DNA of 59,501 bases, counting the filler, from Octopus bimaculoides (Eukaryota): the NCBI RefSeq assembly GCF_001194135.2. It is 4 parts of 4 records of this genome, joined end to end, with 100 filler letters (N's around TTAATTAATTAA, not from the genome) between each part and the next. Parts side by side here need not be neighbours in the genome. Positions count along the whole stretch, not along the records: positions 1 to 26,437 come from NC_069007.1; positions 26,538 to 50,400 come from NC_068990.1; 2 more parts are not named here. One strand, written 5' to 3'. The notes under the pieces are model-generated. The model saw only the letters and a program-made list of their open reading frames with translations, made no database searches and was not told the origin of the DNA. Positions 13,193 through 27,395 of this stretch are shown here, in pieces (positions within the stretch are counted from its first letter, which is position 1; the number at the start of each line of letters is the position of its first letter). The position numbers and the translations under genes are program-made.

Positions 13193-13963
13193 TCACATAT
13201 ATATACACATGCATACACACATACATACATATATACGTACATACACACATACATACAGATATATATATATNNNNNNNNNNNNNNNNNNNNNNNNNNNNNN
13301 NNNNNNNNNNNNNNNNNNNNNNNNNNNNNNNNNNNNNNNNNNNNNNNNNNNNNNNNNNNNNNNNNNNNNNNNNNNNNNNNNNNNNNNNNNNNNNNNNNNN
13401 NNNNNNNNNNNNNNNNNNNNNNNNNNNNNNNNNNNNNNNNNNNNNNNNNNNNNNNNNNNNNNNNNNNNNNNNNNNNNNNNNNNNNNNNNNNNNNNNNNNN
13501 NNNNNNNNNNNNNNNNNNNNNNNNNNNNNNNNNNNNNNNNNNNNNNNNNNNNNNNNNNNNNNNNNNNNNNNNNNNNNNNNNNNNNNNNNNNNNNNNNNNN
13601 NNNNNNNNNNNNNNNNNNNNNNNNNNNNNNNNNNNNNNNNNNNNNNNNNNNNNNNNNNNNNNNNNNNNNNNNNNNNNNNNNNNNNNNNNNNNNNNNNNNN
13701 NNNNNNNNNNNNNNNNNNNNNNNNNNNNNNNNNNNNNNNNNNNNNNNNNNNNNNNNNNNNNNNNNNNNNNNNNNNNNNNNNNNNNNNNNNNNNNNNNNNN
13801 NNNNNNNNNNNNNNNNNNNNNNNNNNNNNNNNNNNNNNNNNNNNNNNNNNNNNNNNNNNNNNNNNNNNNNNNNNNNNNNNNNNNNNNNNNNNNNNNNNNN
13901 NNNNNNNNNNNNNNNNNNNNNNNNNNNNNNNNNNNNNNNNNNNNNNNNNNNNNNNNNNNNNNN

Positions 13964-14002
<39 letters not shown>

Positions 14003-14288
14003 ATTCTACAAACACACACATACACACAGACGCACTATATACACTGATTCGTAGAAAAGGAGCCAGTTGTATTTATGGCAACATCGGGAAGAAAATATTC
14101 ACGTCTGAAAAAGCGAAGAAGAATTCGGTATGGAAACCCTATACTATCTCCCAGAACCTAGTATTTTAGCTATCTGGTATTTATCTACACGTGTATATGT
14201 TTGTTTATTTAGGTATGAAAATATGCGTATATATTTGTGTATATATTTATCTTTCACACTTTCTAACTTTTTATCCATCCATCCATCC

Positions 14289-14348
<60 letters not shown>

Positions 14349-14368
14349 CTGACTGCCCGTCCGTCCGA

Positions 14369-14405
<37 letters not shown>

Positions 14406-14483
14406 TGTATGAGTGCGTGTGTGTATGTCTGTCTGTCGGTCAGATTATCAAGCTATTTGTATTCATACTTACACATTTATATG

Positions 14484-14519
<36 letters not shown>

Positions 14520-14529
14520 NNNNNNNNNN

Positions 14530-14565
<36 letters not shown>

Positions 14566-15072
14566 ATGTAAATATGCGTGTGCGTTTCTCACTCTCTCTC
14601 TTTCTCTCTCCACCCACATATACACACATACATAAATATATGCATGTATCCAATACATCTGATAATAACACCGTATTTGTGCATGCACACACTCGCGCAC
14701 ACGCGCACACAGACACGCATACACACACAGGCACACATAGACATACACACTTGCGCGCATGTCTCTTCATAAGCCTTTCACCTGAAAAACTGAGCGTCGG
14801 TTTTATAATTATCTTGAAATCCATAAAACCCCAACCTTCCCAGTGTTACACGCGCCCACTACCATTTCTACGTCACACACACACACACACACACACACAC
14901 GAGAATTTTCCCTATATATTCAACTTGAAGCACATTTTATTTTTTTTACTTTTCTCTCTAGGTAAACCTGCCTGGATTTGAATACTTTTCTTGAAGAGGG
15001 ACGTTTAGCTGCTATCTATCTTTGTAGGCTAAATTTTTGTCTATGCATGTGTGTGTATATTTTTATGTATGG

Positions 15073-15195
<123 letters not shown>

Positions 15196-15330
15196 GTATA
15201 TATNNNNNNNNNNNNNNNNNNNNNNNNNNNNNNNNNNNNNNNNNNNNNNNNNNNNNNNNNNNNNNNNNNNNNNNNNNNNNNNNNNNNNNNNNNNNNNNNN
15301 NNNNNNNNNNNNNNNNNNNNNNNNNNNNNN

Positions 15331-15363
<33 letters not shown>

Positions 15364-15659
15364 TATATGTATAAGTATATATATGTTTATGTATGATGTG
15401 TATATGTATATATAAATATGTGTGTGTATAAATGTGTGTGCGTATGTGTGTATATATATGTATATGTATGTGTGCATACATTTTTATGTATGATATATAT
15501 ATATCTATATATCTATATCTATATATATATATATATACACATATATATATAAGTATATATATGTCTATGTACGTGTGCATATATGTTTATGTATGATGTG
15601 TATATATATATAAATATGTGTGTATATAAATTTGTGTGAGTGATTTTGCGCATTTGTGT

Positions 15660-15876
15660 ATTTTTTATCATGTTGAACCGTTAACCCTTTGCACATTTTT
15701 CTTCTCTCAGTTTCTTTTCGTTCTGTCTGTAATATTTCCCCTCTCAACCCTCTCTGTCCAAGAGCTTATGCTCGAAAGGTCAAATACCTTTCCAGCCTTC
15801 CCAAGTGTTAAAATAATACACCTGCTTGTTGTTCCCTCACCCGTCTTCACATTTTGGTTTCTGTAAATTTCAACTA
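15660..15876 (+). mobile_element. Penelope-like terminal-repeat fragment, copy 2 (diverged)
   Basis: Aligns by eye with 4166-4297 (AGAGC....GCTCGAAA, CCTTCCCAAG.GT.AAA.TAATA, CTGTAA.TTTCAACTA). Confidence 0.5.
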
Positions 15877-16141
15877 CACACACACACACACACACACACA
15901 CATTATTAGTTAATAAATCGCATGGAATAGCCGTGGCAGTTTACNNNNNNNNNNNNNNNNNNNNNNNNNNNNNNNNNNNNNNNNNNNNNNNNNNNNNNNN
16001 NNNNNNNNNNNNNNNNNNNNNNNNNNNNNNNNNNNNNNNNNNNNNNNNNNNNNNNNNNNNNNNNNNNNNNNNNNNNNNNNNNNNNNNNNNNNNNNNNNNN
16101 NNNNNNNNNNNNNNNNNNNNNNNNNNNNNNNNNNNNNNNNN

Positions 16142-16288
16142 GAAATCGGCCATGCTGGGGCACCGCCTTAGAGAAATTTAGTCGAACAAATTGAACTCAG
16201 TGCTTTTTGTTAATGCCTGGTATTAATTCTATCGTTCCGCTTTGCCGAAGTGCTAAGTTACGGGAAAGTAAATTCGCCAACATCGGTT
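16142..16288 (-). mobile_element. SINE family A, 3' fragment
   Basis: GGCCATGCTGGGGCACCGCCTT..TAGTCGAACAAATTGA..GCTAAGTTACGGG. Confidence 0.8.
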
Positions 16289-16832
16289 CTCATTTTGGTG
16301 GTGGTGGTGGTGGTGGTGAAGAAACAAAGAAATAAATACATACACAGATAAGTACACACACGCATGAACACACACACGCACAGAACACAAACACGCATAT
16401 GCACGCACACGCACACGCACACACACACATATGTACTAGCGTCAGCGCTGATTTGGAATAAACGAACTTTATGCTAGCTAAAATGTTTGTGACACATCTA
16501 AACTTCTAAAGGTAAATTCACTGCAGTTACCGTAGGAGAAAAGGCCTCTGGTATAGGTAAGGTGTAAAATTATCATATCTGCCCAGTCCTTGCAATCTAG
16601 CCGATTTTCAGACGATCGTTTCTGGCTGCTTAGCCTTCGTCAATGGGAAATACTGAGGGAGATAACTCCTGGCAGATTCAAAGCCGAAGCTTTAACTAGA
16701 AAAAGAAAAGTCAAAAACCGAAAAACCCCACAAAAATCCCAAAATAAAAAAAAAACTAGTCACCATCGGTGGCTGAATTGCGCTAGTGGCCCGTCTGATC
16801 GAATTAACTAGCTTGGTGTTTTTACATCATGG

Positions 16833-16920
16833 TCATCATCATGAACATCATCATCATGAACATCATCATCATGAACATCATCATCATGAACATCATCATC
16901 ATGAACATCATCATCATAAT
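16833..16920. repeat. 15-bp minisatellite (CATCATCATGAACAT)n
   Basis: About five tandem units visible. Confidence 0.9.
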
Positions 16921-18308
16921 CACCACTCTCATATCATCATCACCATCGTAACTAACATCCGACACTTTCATCCTCCGTCTCCCCCTCGTTCCCTTTCTCT
17001 TTAAGAACACCTCCACTTTAGCCTTTATACGACCTACCAATCCCATTTCCCCTCCTCCTACTCTTCCTCTCTTCCTTCGCTTCCTCCTTATTCTCAACGT
17101 TATCCTGATGCCTGATGCTAATCGGACGAGGATAAGAAAATTGTTAATAGCATTATAAAAAACCCAGATAATTAATCAAGAAAAACAAGCGTATTTAAAT
17201 ACATAGAAGCACACATACATACACACAATCACGCACATACATACATACGCATTAGATACTCACGCAAAAGCATATACAAGCATACACACGCATAAACTCA
17301 CATTCAAAGACACACACTTAGTTATGCAGAGAAAAAGAAATTAATGTACGCAAATCTTTACTCTCTCTCTCTCACACTCTCTCTCTCACTCTCTCTCTCT
17401 CTCACTCTCTCTCTCTCTCTCTCTCACTCTCTCTCACACCCACCCATCGACACAGAGAAAGAAAGACACACAGACAGATACACACAAATACACATGTATG
17501 TATACACACATACACACTTACACATACATATATACAGACACACAAACAAAAGCTCACATATATATTTATATACTCACACACAAACAAAAACACACACATA
17601 CACACACACACACATATATATATACACTCACACAAACTAAAGCAAAATAAACACCTGCAGATATATCTACATACATTTGCACACCTCCACACATCCCCAT
17701 ACGTACATGTACATTTACACACATACACATACGTTCAATAATTACTAGCAGACATACGTAGAATATATGCATGCATATACACATACACATCGACATACAG
17801 GCATATACACATACATACACACTACTCCCTCCCATATACAGTAAGTAACCCAGAAGGTGAAACAAAGATAATCATACAGAAAAATAGTAGGAACCAAAAA
17901 AATGAATTAATTAATTAAGTGTATTTAAAAAAAATGAAGGTATATAAATCAAACAAAACGTATAAAATATAAAAATGAATGTATGTAAGAATAAATGCAT
18001 GTGTGTACGGTTAGGTAGACACAAACATGTGCATACATCTATTTCTCTGTCCTTCTCACACTCTCTGTATTTATATGCATAAGTATATATTATATATATA
18101 TAATATTTGGAATATATATTTATATATATATTATATATATTTATATATACATGTACATACACACACACATATATCTGATTATATTTATAAATGCATACAC
18201 ATACATGCAGGGATATATCTATGTATATAATATAATATATATATATGTCTCTATCTATCTATCTATCTATCTATCTATGTACCTATTTGCCCGCTTCTGT
18301 CAGATATG

Positions 18309-18355
<47 letters not shown>

Positions 18356-18467
18356 NNNNNNNNNNNNNNNNNNNNNNNNNNNNNNNNNNNNNNNNNNNNN
18401 NNNNNNNNNNNNNNNNNNNNNNNNCATAAGTTTAATCCTGTAATTAAGCAAGGATCTAAGATTAAGA

Positions 18468-18469
<2 letters not shown>

Positions 18470-18564
<95 letters not shown>

Positions 18565-18612
18565 TATTATTATTATTATTATTATTATTATTGATATTAT
18601 TATTATTATTAT
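18470..18612. repeat. (AAT)n followed by (TTA)n, forming an AT-rich palindrome
   Basis: Symmetry centre between 18563 and 18564; arms span 18515-18612. Confidence 0.9.
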
Positions 18613-18723
18613 CGTTAATAACAACAATAACCATAATAATGTGTAAGGACTCAAAATATAGCAGATGAAAAGCCTGAAGGAAAGACAATAACAGTATGTG
18701 TGTGTGTGTGTGTGTGAGTGTGT

Positions 18724-18757
<34 letters not shown>

Positions 18758-19182
18758 TAGGGAGAGAGAGAAAGAGAGAGAGAGAATGAGAGAAAGAAAT
18801 AACGAAAGGGAGAGAGAAAGAGTGACAGAGGAAGGAGGAGACAAAAAGAAAGAGATCGAGAGAGGGAGAGAAAAAGAGAAAGGGATAAAGAAAGGGGAAA
18901 TAGTGCGAGAGAAAGAAAGTGAGGGTATGTAACTTGCTGGAAGAAAGAATCATCATAAAGGAGCATTGAACAAAGAAAAACGAAACATATGAATGAGCTG
19001 TTTGAAGGAAATCAATGAAGAATGGAAAATGGGGGTGGGGAGATGAATGTGTATAGAAAGAATAGAAGTAGAGAAGGAAAGAAAGACACAACGAGAGATT
19101 AAAAGAGGAAGGAAAAGCAAAACGAAGAGAATGATCGTATGTGAATGATGAATGGAGTAATAAAGCTAAGAGGGAGACAGAG

Positions 19183-19277
<95 letters not shown>

Positions 19278-21391
19278 CAAAGGGGGGAGAATGGACGAAA
19301 AGAAGAAAAAAGAAACAAACAAGATTAAGAGAAATAAAGAATGAAAGAAGAAGGAAAGAACGAAAAAAATGGAGGTACTTTATGTCTGAAAGTGAAAGTA
19401 GAGGCACACGTATTCTGGAGTAGGGAAGCTAATTATGGAAAGACAGAAAACTAAAGATTTTGACTAAACTCTCCGATTACTGAAACAAGTAATGGATAAA
19501 ACAAAAAGATACCAGTTATAAAAGACACCTATACATATATATATAAACGCATACACTCACACACAGGTGTAACCATGCGCACACATTGCATTGGTTCGCT
19601 GTGTTTTCGCTTAAGTGAAGTCTGGCTCTCAACCTCGTAACATTACGCAAATGATTTCGTAGCTAAGCACGATCTTTCTGTAAATTTTAATTAGGATTTT
19701 TCTGCTAATGTCATTGTCAATTTAAAGAGAGACTGAGCAGTAAATGAATTCTAATGGATTCTTAAATAACAATGTCACCTCTTCGTTTGATACTCAACCT
19801 CAAATTGTTACCAAGACATTCGCGGCAGGTTACAATTCACACCAAGTTTAAACAGTATATGTAATGATATGACAATGTACCCTCCAAACGCATATAACCC
19901 AGACCCACTCTCACTATTCCCATATATAAACACTCACATACACACATACACACACACACACACACTCACACACACACACACTCACACACATTTATGTACA
20001 CATATCTACATTCATATATATATATATTAACTCTTCGAAACGCTTAGTTTTAGAATGGTGGCAGCTGATGAAGGAAATGTTCTCGATGTGGCCTGTGTGT
20101 TTTCTGTACTATGTTTATCATTTTGTCTACGTTTTGTTTGCAACGTCCTGTACGCAGATATGTCTCTATATATACATGTAGATGTAGGTATGTACATACA
20201 TGTACGTATATAAGCATATACTCATTTATTATTTGTATTATATATATATATATATATATCATCTCACCATTTATAGTAAAAAAAAACAAATCATTTTAAT
20301 GAAAAGAAAGACAAAACAAATACGATGAACTAATGACGGTGAAGTTACCGGATATACATGTGAACTGAGCTGTTAATAGGTCCTCCAACCGCGACCAACA
20401 CGATCTAATTTCTTTTTCCTGCACAAGTTTTGTACAAGGATATCTCTCATGATTGGTTCTTTTGTTAATTTATGTTAATTGAGAGTAAAAGGACGGTTTT
20501 TGGATTACGTCACGTGAGCGACNNNNNNNNNNNNNNNNNNNNNNNNNNNNNNNNNNNNNNNNNNNNNNNNNNNNNNNNNNNNNNNNNNNNNNNNNNNNNN
20601 NNNNNNNNNNNNNNNNNNNNNNNNNNNNNNNNNNNNNNNNNNNNNNNNNNNNNNNNNNNNNNNNNNNNNNNNNNNNNNNNNNNNNNNNNNNNNNNNNNNN
20701 NNNNNNNNNNNNNNNNNNNNNNNNNNNNNNNNNNNNNNNNNNNNNNNNNNNNNNNNNNNNNNNNNNNNNNNNNNNNNNNNNNNNNNNNNNNNNNNNNNNN
20801 NNNNNNNNNNNNNNNNNNNNNNNNNNNNNNNNNNNNNNNNNNNNNNNNNNNNNNNNNNNNNNNNNNNNNNNNNNNNNNNNNNNNNNNNNNNNNNNNNNNN
20901 NNNNNNNNNNNNNNNNNNNNNNNNNNNNNNNNNNNNNNNNNNNNNNNNNNNNNNNNNNNNNNNNNNNNNNNNNNNNNNNNNNNNNNNNNNNNNNNNNNNN
21001 NNNNNNNNNNNNNNNNNNNNNNNNNNNNNNNNNNNNNNNNNNNNNNNNNNNNNNNNNNNNNNNNNNNNNNNNNNNNNNNNNNNNNNNNNNNNNNNNNNNN
21101 NNNNNNNNNNNNNNNNNNNNNNNNNNNNNNNNNNNNNNNNNNNNNNNNNNNNNNNNNNNNNNNNNNNNNNNNNNNNNNNNNNNNNNNNNNNNNNNNNNNN
21201 NNNNNNNNNNNNNNNNNNNNNNNNNNNNNCCTATGAACTTATCAACCGATCCTCCTCCTCCTCCTCCACATCCTACTACTACTTCTAGTACTACTACTGG
21301 TTTAAAGTGTTTGTTCAGATTACGCAGTACAAACCCTAATCCTCTTCCACTCAAAAATACTCAATTATTTGCGTCTTCGTCCATGTTTGAT

Positions 21392-21426
<35 letters not shown>

Positions 21427-22860
21427 TGTGTGGGTGAGTGCGTACATGTATGTGTGTGTGTGAAGTCAGTTGCATGACTGTGTATGTTGTGTTATTGAAT
21501 GCGTTTGGAAGAATATATACGTATATGTACTTCTTTGAAGCAAATATGTCTGTGTATCTTTATATGTATATATATATGTGTGTGTGTGTGTGTGTGCGTT
21601 TGTGTATGTGTGTGTGTGTGTGTATTTGCATGTGGAAATATGAATATAATATACAATTATAAATATATGAATATATATANNNNNNNNNNNNNNNNNNNNN
21701 NNNNNNNNNNNNNNNNNNNNNNNNNNNNNNNNNNNNNNNNNNNNNNNNNNNNNNNNNNNNNNNNNNNNNNNNNNNNNNNNNNNNNNNNNNNNNNNNNNNN
21801 NNNNNNNNNNNNNNNNNNNNNNNNNNNNNNNNNNNNNNNNNNNNNNNNNNNNNNNNNNNNNNNNNNNNNNNNNNNNNNNNNNNNNNNNNNNNNNNNNNNN
21901 NNNNNNNNNNNNNNNNNNNNNNNNNNNNNNNNNNNNNNNNNNNNNNNNNNNNNNNNNNNNNNNNNNNNNNNNNNNNNNNNNNNNNNNNNNNNNNNNNNNN
22001 NNNNNNNNNNNNNNNNNNNNNNNNNNNNNNNNNNNNNNNNNNNNNNNNNNNNNNNNNNNNNNNNNNNNNNNNNNNNNNNNNNNNNNNNNNNNNNNNNNNN
22101 NNNNNNNNNNNNNNNNNNNNNNNNNNNNNNNNNNNNNNNNNNNNNNNNNNNNNNNNNNNNNNNNNNNNNNNNNNNNNNNNNNNNNNNNNNNNNNNNNNNN
22201 NNNNNNNNNNNNNNNNNNNNNNNNNNNNNNNNNNNNNNNNNNNNNNNNNNNNNNNNNNNNNNNNNNNNNNNNNNNNNNNNNNNNNNNNNNNNNNNNNNNN
22301 NNNNNNNNNNNNNNNNNNNNNNNNNNNNNNNNNNNNNNNNNNNNNNNNNNNNNNNNNNTATATATATATATATACATATATATCTTTCATTAACTTTTAC
22401 CGTCTGCGTTCTAACATCGTTTAATCTTAGCCGAGCCTTACTGAATCCTAGCAGAGTTAAAAGCCAGACTAGACTAGCCAATCCTATCGCACTTCAAAAT
22501 GGCTTCCAATCGATTAGTCTGTCCTTCCATATTCTCTCTCTTTACCCCCCTTTACTTTCACTTTCTTCAGCATCGCTTCTTTACTCATCTTTGGTTACTT
22601 TTCTTTTTAAGTCTGTCCAGCCTCCACGTTAGATCTTCCGATATGTTCGTTATATTCGATTCCCCTTATGTATGTGTGTATGTATGTATGTATGTAGGAA
22701 CGAATATATGTTTGTACATATGTATGCATGCATGTATGTACTATGTTTGTATGCACGTCTGCATGTGTGCATGTATGTATGGTTTTTATGCCCGTATATA
22801 TGTACCTATGTACTTCTGTATGTAGATGTGTACACATGTGTGTGTCCATATACATACATA

Positions 22861-22891
<31 letters not shown>

Positions 22892-23899
22892 NNNNNNNNN
22901 NNNNNNNNNNNNNNNNNNNNNNNNNNNNNNNNNNNNNNNNNNNNNNNNNNNNNNNNNNNNNNNNNNNNNNNNNNNNNNNNNNNNNNNNNNNNNNNNNNNN
23001 NNNNNNNNNNNNNNNNNNNNNNNNNNNNNNNNNNNNNNNNNNNNNNNNNNNNNNNNNNNNNNNNNNNNNNNNNNNNNNNNNNNNNNNNNNNNNNNNNNNN
23101 NNNNNNNNNNNNNNNNNNNNNNNNNNNNNNNNNNNNNNNNNNNNNNNNNNNNNNNNNNNNNNNNNNNNNNNNNNNNNNNNNNNNNNNNNNNNNATATATA
23201 TATATATATATACACACATATATACACATATATACAGATACGTATGTGTACAACAATCTTTTGAAAGCTTTCGTTGAATTCCCGCCGCCGCCGCCATCTA
23301 CTTGTCTATCTCTTCCTGCTCCTACCCACCTCCTCACTGCTCAACAGACCAACCACATCCTTGGCATTTTACTTACGCAACTCCTCTCCACTCAGTCTTT
23401 CTCTATATCTTTCCTCTTGTCTCTCTCTCCACACTGTCTTTGCCTTTCTCATCCTCTCACTCAATCACACACACATACATACCAACACTCACACATAAAC
23501 ATACAGATACACACACACATATACATCATAGAGATATAATCATACACATAGACATACACACACGTTGACTTATACCAAACGTACTAAGCTGGTTTTTTTT
23601 TTTCAATTCCCATTGCTGCATCTGTGCCTCCTCCTATTCCTCGTGCTACTTCGTCCTAGCCTCTACCGACGTGCTTCTATACCTTATCTTTCACGCAATT
23701 CTTACCATATCTCACCCACTCCCCCTCTCTCTATCCCTCTCTTACTCCTACTCTATCCATCACACAAACGTACACACGCGCACGCACAAAGAATACTAAT
23801 CTATATTGAACTGACAAACAAGATGCACAAATACCATCCTGTTTACAACGTGTCAATCAAGAAAAAGACCGGGAAAAACCAAAGATATATAGATATCTA

Positions 23900-24138
23900 T
23901 ATATATATCTATATACTAAAAAGAGAGAGAGAGATAGATACAGTAAAAGGAATACAGTGAAATAGACCGAAAGTGTGAGTGAGAGGCAGAAGGAGTGATG
24001 AGGTAGATTGGACAGAGAGACGAGGAGGAGAAAGAGAGATAGACGGCAGGGGACTGGCAAAGAGATTAATAGAAAAGTGTGGGAAAAGAGTGTGAGAGAT
24101 AAAGTTGGATAGGTAGATAGATAGAGAGAGAGAGAGAT

Positions 24139-24213
<75 letters not shown>

Positions 24214-24248
24214 AAGAAAGATAGAAGGTTAGATAGATAGATAGATAT

Positions 24249-24292
<44 letters not shown>

Positions 24293-24546
24293 GAGGAGAG
24301 AGAGATTTAACGGTAGATAATAGAGAGATAGTGAGAGAACGAGAATGAAACTGGAAATGGATGGGAGTGAGAGAGATGTGGTGATGGAATATAAAGAGAG
24401 AAAGACAGATATGTATTTGGAGATAGATTTTGAGATAAAGAGAAAGTAATGAAAGATATATACGAGGGAGAGAGAGAGAGAGAAAGAAATTTATTAGAGA
24501 TACATTAGAGAGAGAAAGATCATGAAATAATTAAGAGAGAGAGACT

Positions 24547-24585
<39 letters not shown>

Positions 24586-25523
24586 AGAAAGAAAGTGAAA
24601 GGAAAATTCAGAGTTGTTGGGATTAAGTGGAGTTGAGAATGTTAAAAGAATGAAAGATTATAGAAAAAAATGAGAGAGAGAGAGAGAGAGAGAGTGGTAG
24701 AGAGAAAGACAGAGTGAGGTGGAAAGAGACAAAAGAGAAGCTGCAGTGGTTAGAGAAGAAACATTGGATGTCATTAGAGAAAGAGAAAGAAATACAGTAA
24801 ATGGGAGAGAGAGAGATAAAGATGATACAGAGAGAGAGAGAGAGAGAGAAATATGATAGAGAGATACAGAGAGAGAGAGAGAGAGAGAGAAATATGATAG
24901 ATAAATACAGAGAGAGAGAGAGAGAGAGAAATATGATAGATAAATACAGAGAGAGAGAGAGAGAGAGAAATATGATAGATAAATACAGAGAGAGAGAGAG
25001 ATAGAGAGAGAAATATGATAGATAGATACAGAGAGAGAGAGAGAGAGAGGGAGAAGGAAAGAAAGACTACGGACGCCAAAGACGTCAGATTGGGCATCAA
25101 AGAAGGAGAGAAATAAAGAGAAATCTAGTAAAATAAAGATAGATAGATAGATAGATAAAGAGAGAGAGAGAGAGAGACAGAGCGGCAGGGCGCGAGAAAT
25201 AGGGAGATGTGGGGAAGAGAGAGAGAAAGTGAAAGAAAAGAAAATTTTGAGATGAAATGTTGAGTCTAGAAAATAATGAGCATGGAAATGAGAGAGACGC
25301 TTGGACAGACATGGAGAGAAACAGAGAGAGAGAGTGAGAGAGAGAGAAAGAGAGAGAGAAAGAGAGAAAGAGAGGAGAAGAGATAGAGAGAGAGAAAGGA
25401 GAGGGGTAGAGAGAGGGAGAGAGAGAGGAGAGAGGGGACAGAGAGTTGGTGGAAAGAGAGTCTATGTAAGGATGTGAGAGATAGACAATTAGACAGATAG
25501 ATAGACAGATAGATAGATAGATT

Positions 25524-25579
<56 letters not shown>

Positions 25580-25999
25580 GAGAGGGGGAGAAAAAGTGAA
25601 AGACTGAAGTGTGTGAAAGGGAGTAGAGAGAAAAAAATTATCGGTGAGATAGAGAGATAGATGAATGGGAGAGTCGGAGAAGGAACACTGAGCAAAGAAA
25701 AGCCATATAGATAGATAGATAGACATAGACAAACAGGTAGATAAATAGATAGAGAGAGAGAGAGAGAGAGAGGGTAGGTGGATGAGAGAGTTAAGAGGGG
25801 AGAGAGAGAGAGAGACTGTAAGATAGGATTAGTGAGAGATAGGAGCGACCATAGAAGTGAGAGGATAAACACTGAGATTGCGAAAAGGGGCGAAAGAGAA
25901 GACGGAGGGGAAAAATGGTGACGTGGAAACTTATGAAGAGAAGAAAATGGAGATAGATAGAAGGAAAGATGGGAGATGGTAGGGGTAAATGGTGTGTGC

Positions 26000-26055
<56 letters not shown>

Positions 26056-26190
26056 ATTGGGGAAAGAGAATAGTGAGAAAGGAAGAGATATTGAGAATGA
26101 AAGAGAAAGAGAAAAACAAGGACTTAAGGAGAGACAAAATGGAGATACATAGATAGGGAGACAGACAGACAGATAGCTAGATAGACTGAC

Positions 26191-26286
<96 letters not shown>

Positions 26287-26330
26287 ACAGACAGTTTCGA
26301 TCAATCGATCGATAGATAGATATATAGGTA
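23900..26330. repeat. Purine-rich (GA)n/(GATA)n field, including a roughly 37-bp minisatellite (GAGAGAGAGAGAGAGAAATATGATAGATAAATACA-like) at about 24835-25050
   Basis: Directly visible. Confidence 0.92.
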
Positions 26331-26437
26331 GATACATTTCTTTTATTAGCCACACAGGGCTCAACGAAGATGGGACAAATACAATGTAGAGCTTTTCTTT
26401 TTGGGAGGGGGAAGGAAGGAAAAAAAAAAAAAAAAAA

Positions 26438-26537
26438 NNNNNNNNNNNNNNNNNNNNNNNNNNNNNNNNNNNNNNNNNNNNTTAATTAATTAANNNNNNN
26501 NNNNNNNNNNNNNNNNNNNNNNNNNNNNNNNNNNNNN
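26438..26537. other. Synthetic scaffold-join spacer (44 N + TTAATTAATTAA + 44 N)
   Basis: Identical 100-bp layout three times in the window; TTAATTAATTAA places stops in all six frames. Confidence 0.95.
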
Positions 26538-26609
26538 TCCCAAAAAGAAAAGCTCTACATTGTATTTGTCCCATCTTCGTTGAGCCCTGTGTGGCTAATA
26601 AAAGAAATG

Positions 26610-26642
<33 letters not shown>

Positions 26643-27083
26643 CTCTAATCATATTGACAATGCATATCCTCGTACGTTATAATAGTTACCTTTAGCAAAA
26701 TGGTGCGGTTGCACGTCAGTTACATATTCATTGCAAATCCTGCCAAGGATGTAAACAGACCAATGCCGGTTGTCAAGCGGTAGCGGAGCAAACACAGGTA
26801 CATTGTGACAGGTACAAACACAAGCTGAATCAGAAATAACATAGCCGCAAAGTGAGCTTCTTAAACATGCAGCAAAGCCTCGACTACAAACCAAGCCTGC
26901 ACCTATAGTCCACGTCAGGAAAAAATTGAAAGGCTTCTGTCAATCCTAGGTTTTCCTTTTCCTTGTGTCCATACAATTATTAACTCTTTTGAAATCATAT
27001 CTGATTCTTCCCTGTTTAGGGAAATGATATAGTTGTTAGACATATATCGTTTTATGTATCAATTTAAGTGTTTTCTTTGTTAG

Positions 27084-27395
27084 TGAAAGCGCGTAATTTA
27101 GTGGTTCGGTTATTCAATTTACGATCAGAAGGACTTTAATTTGATTCCTGGTGGCGTGCTGTGTCCTTGAGCAAGCTTCATTTCACTTTGCTCCGTTTCA
27201 GCTGGCATATATAAGTTACACCTATATTTCAAATGGCCATCCTTGTCACATTCTGTGTCAGGCTAGCTTTCCCTGAGAAATACGTTAAGGGTAAACGTGT
27301 CTGTGGAGTGCTCAGCCACTTGCTCGTTAATTTCACGTGCAGGCTGTTCCGTCGATCGGATCAGCTGAGTCTCGGTCATCGATTTCCGACGAATA
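27084..27395 (+). mobile_element. SINE family C, near full length
   Basis: Degenerate tRNA-like head, TGTGTCCTTGAGCAAG core, and tail GTGTCTGTGGAGTGCTCAGCCACTTGC.CGTTAATTTCACG shared with 52505-52760. Confidence 0.85.

Noticed and set aside
26482-26493. TTAATTAATTAA motif recurring three times
   Set aside because: Always centred in an exact 44 N + 12 + 44 N layout, so an assembly linker and not a biological site
26329-26615. Perfect 78-bp inverted repeat that looks like a large hairpin
   Set aside because: The arms lie on different scaffolds separated by the synthetic spacer. Most likely two copies of a young repeat tail at which both contigs ended, or a misoriented join.
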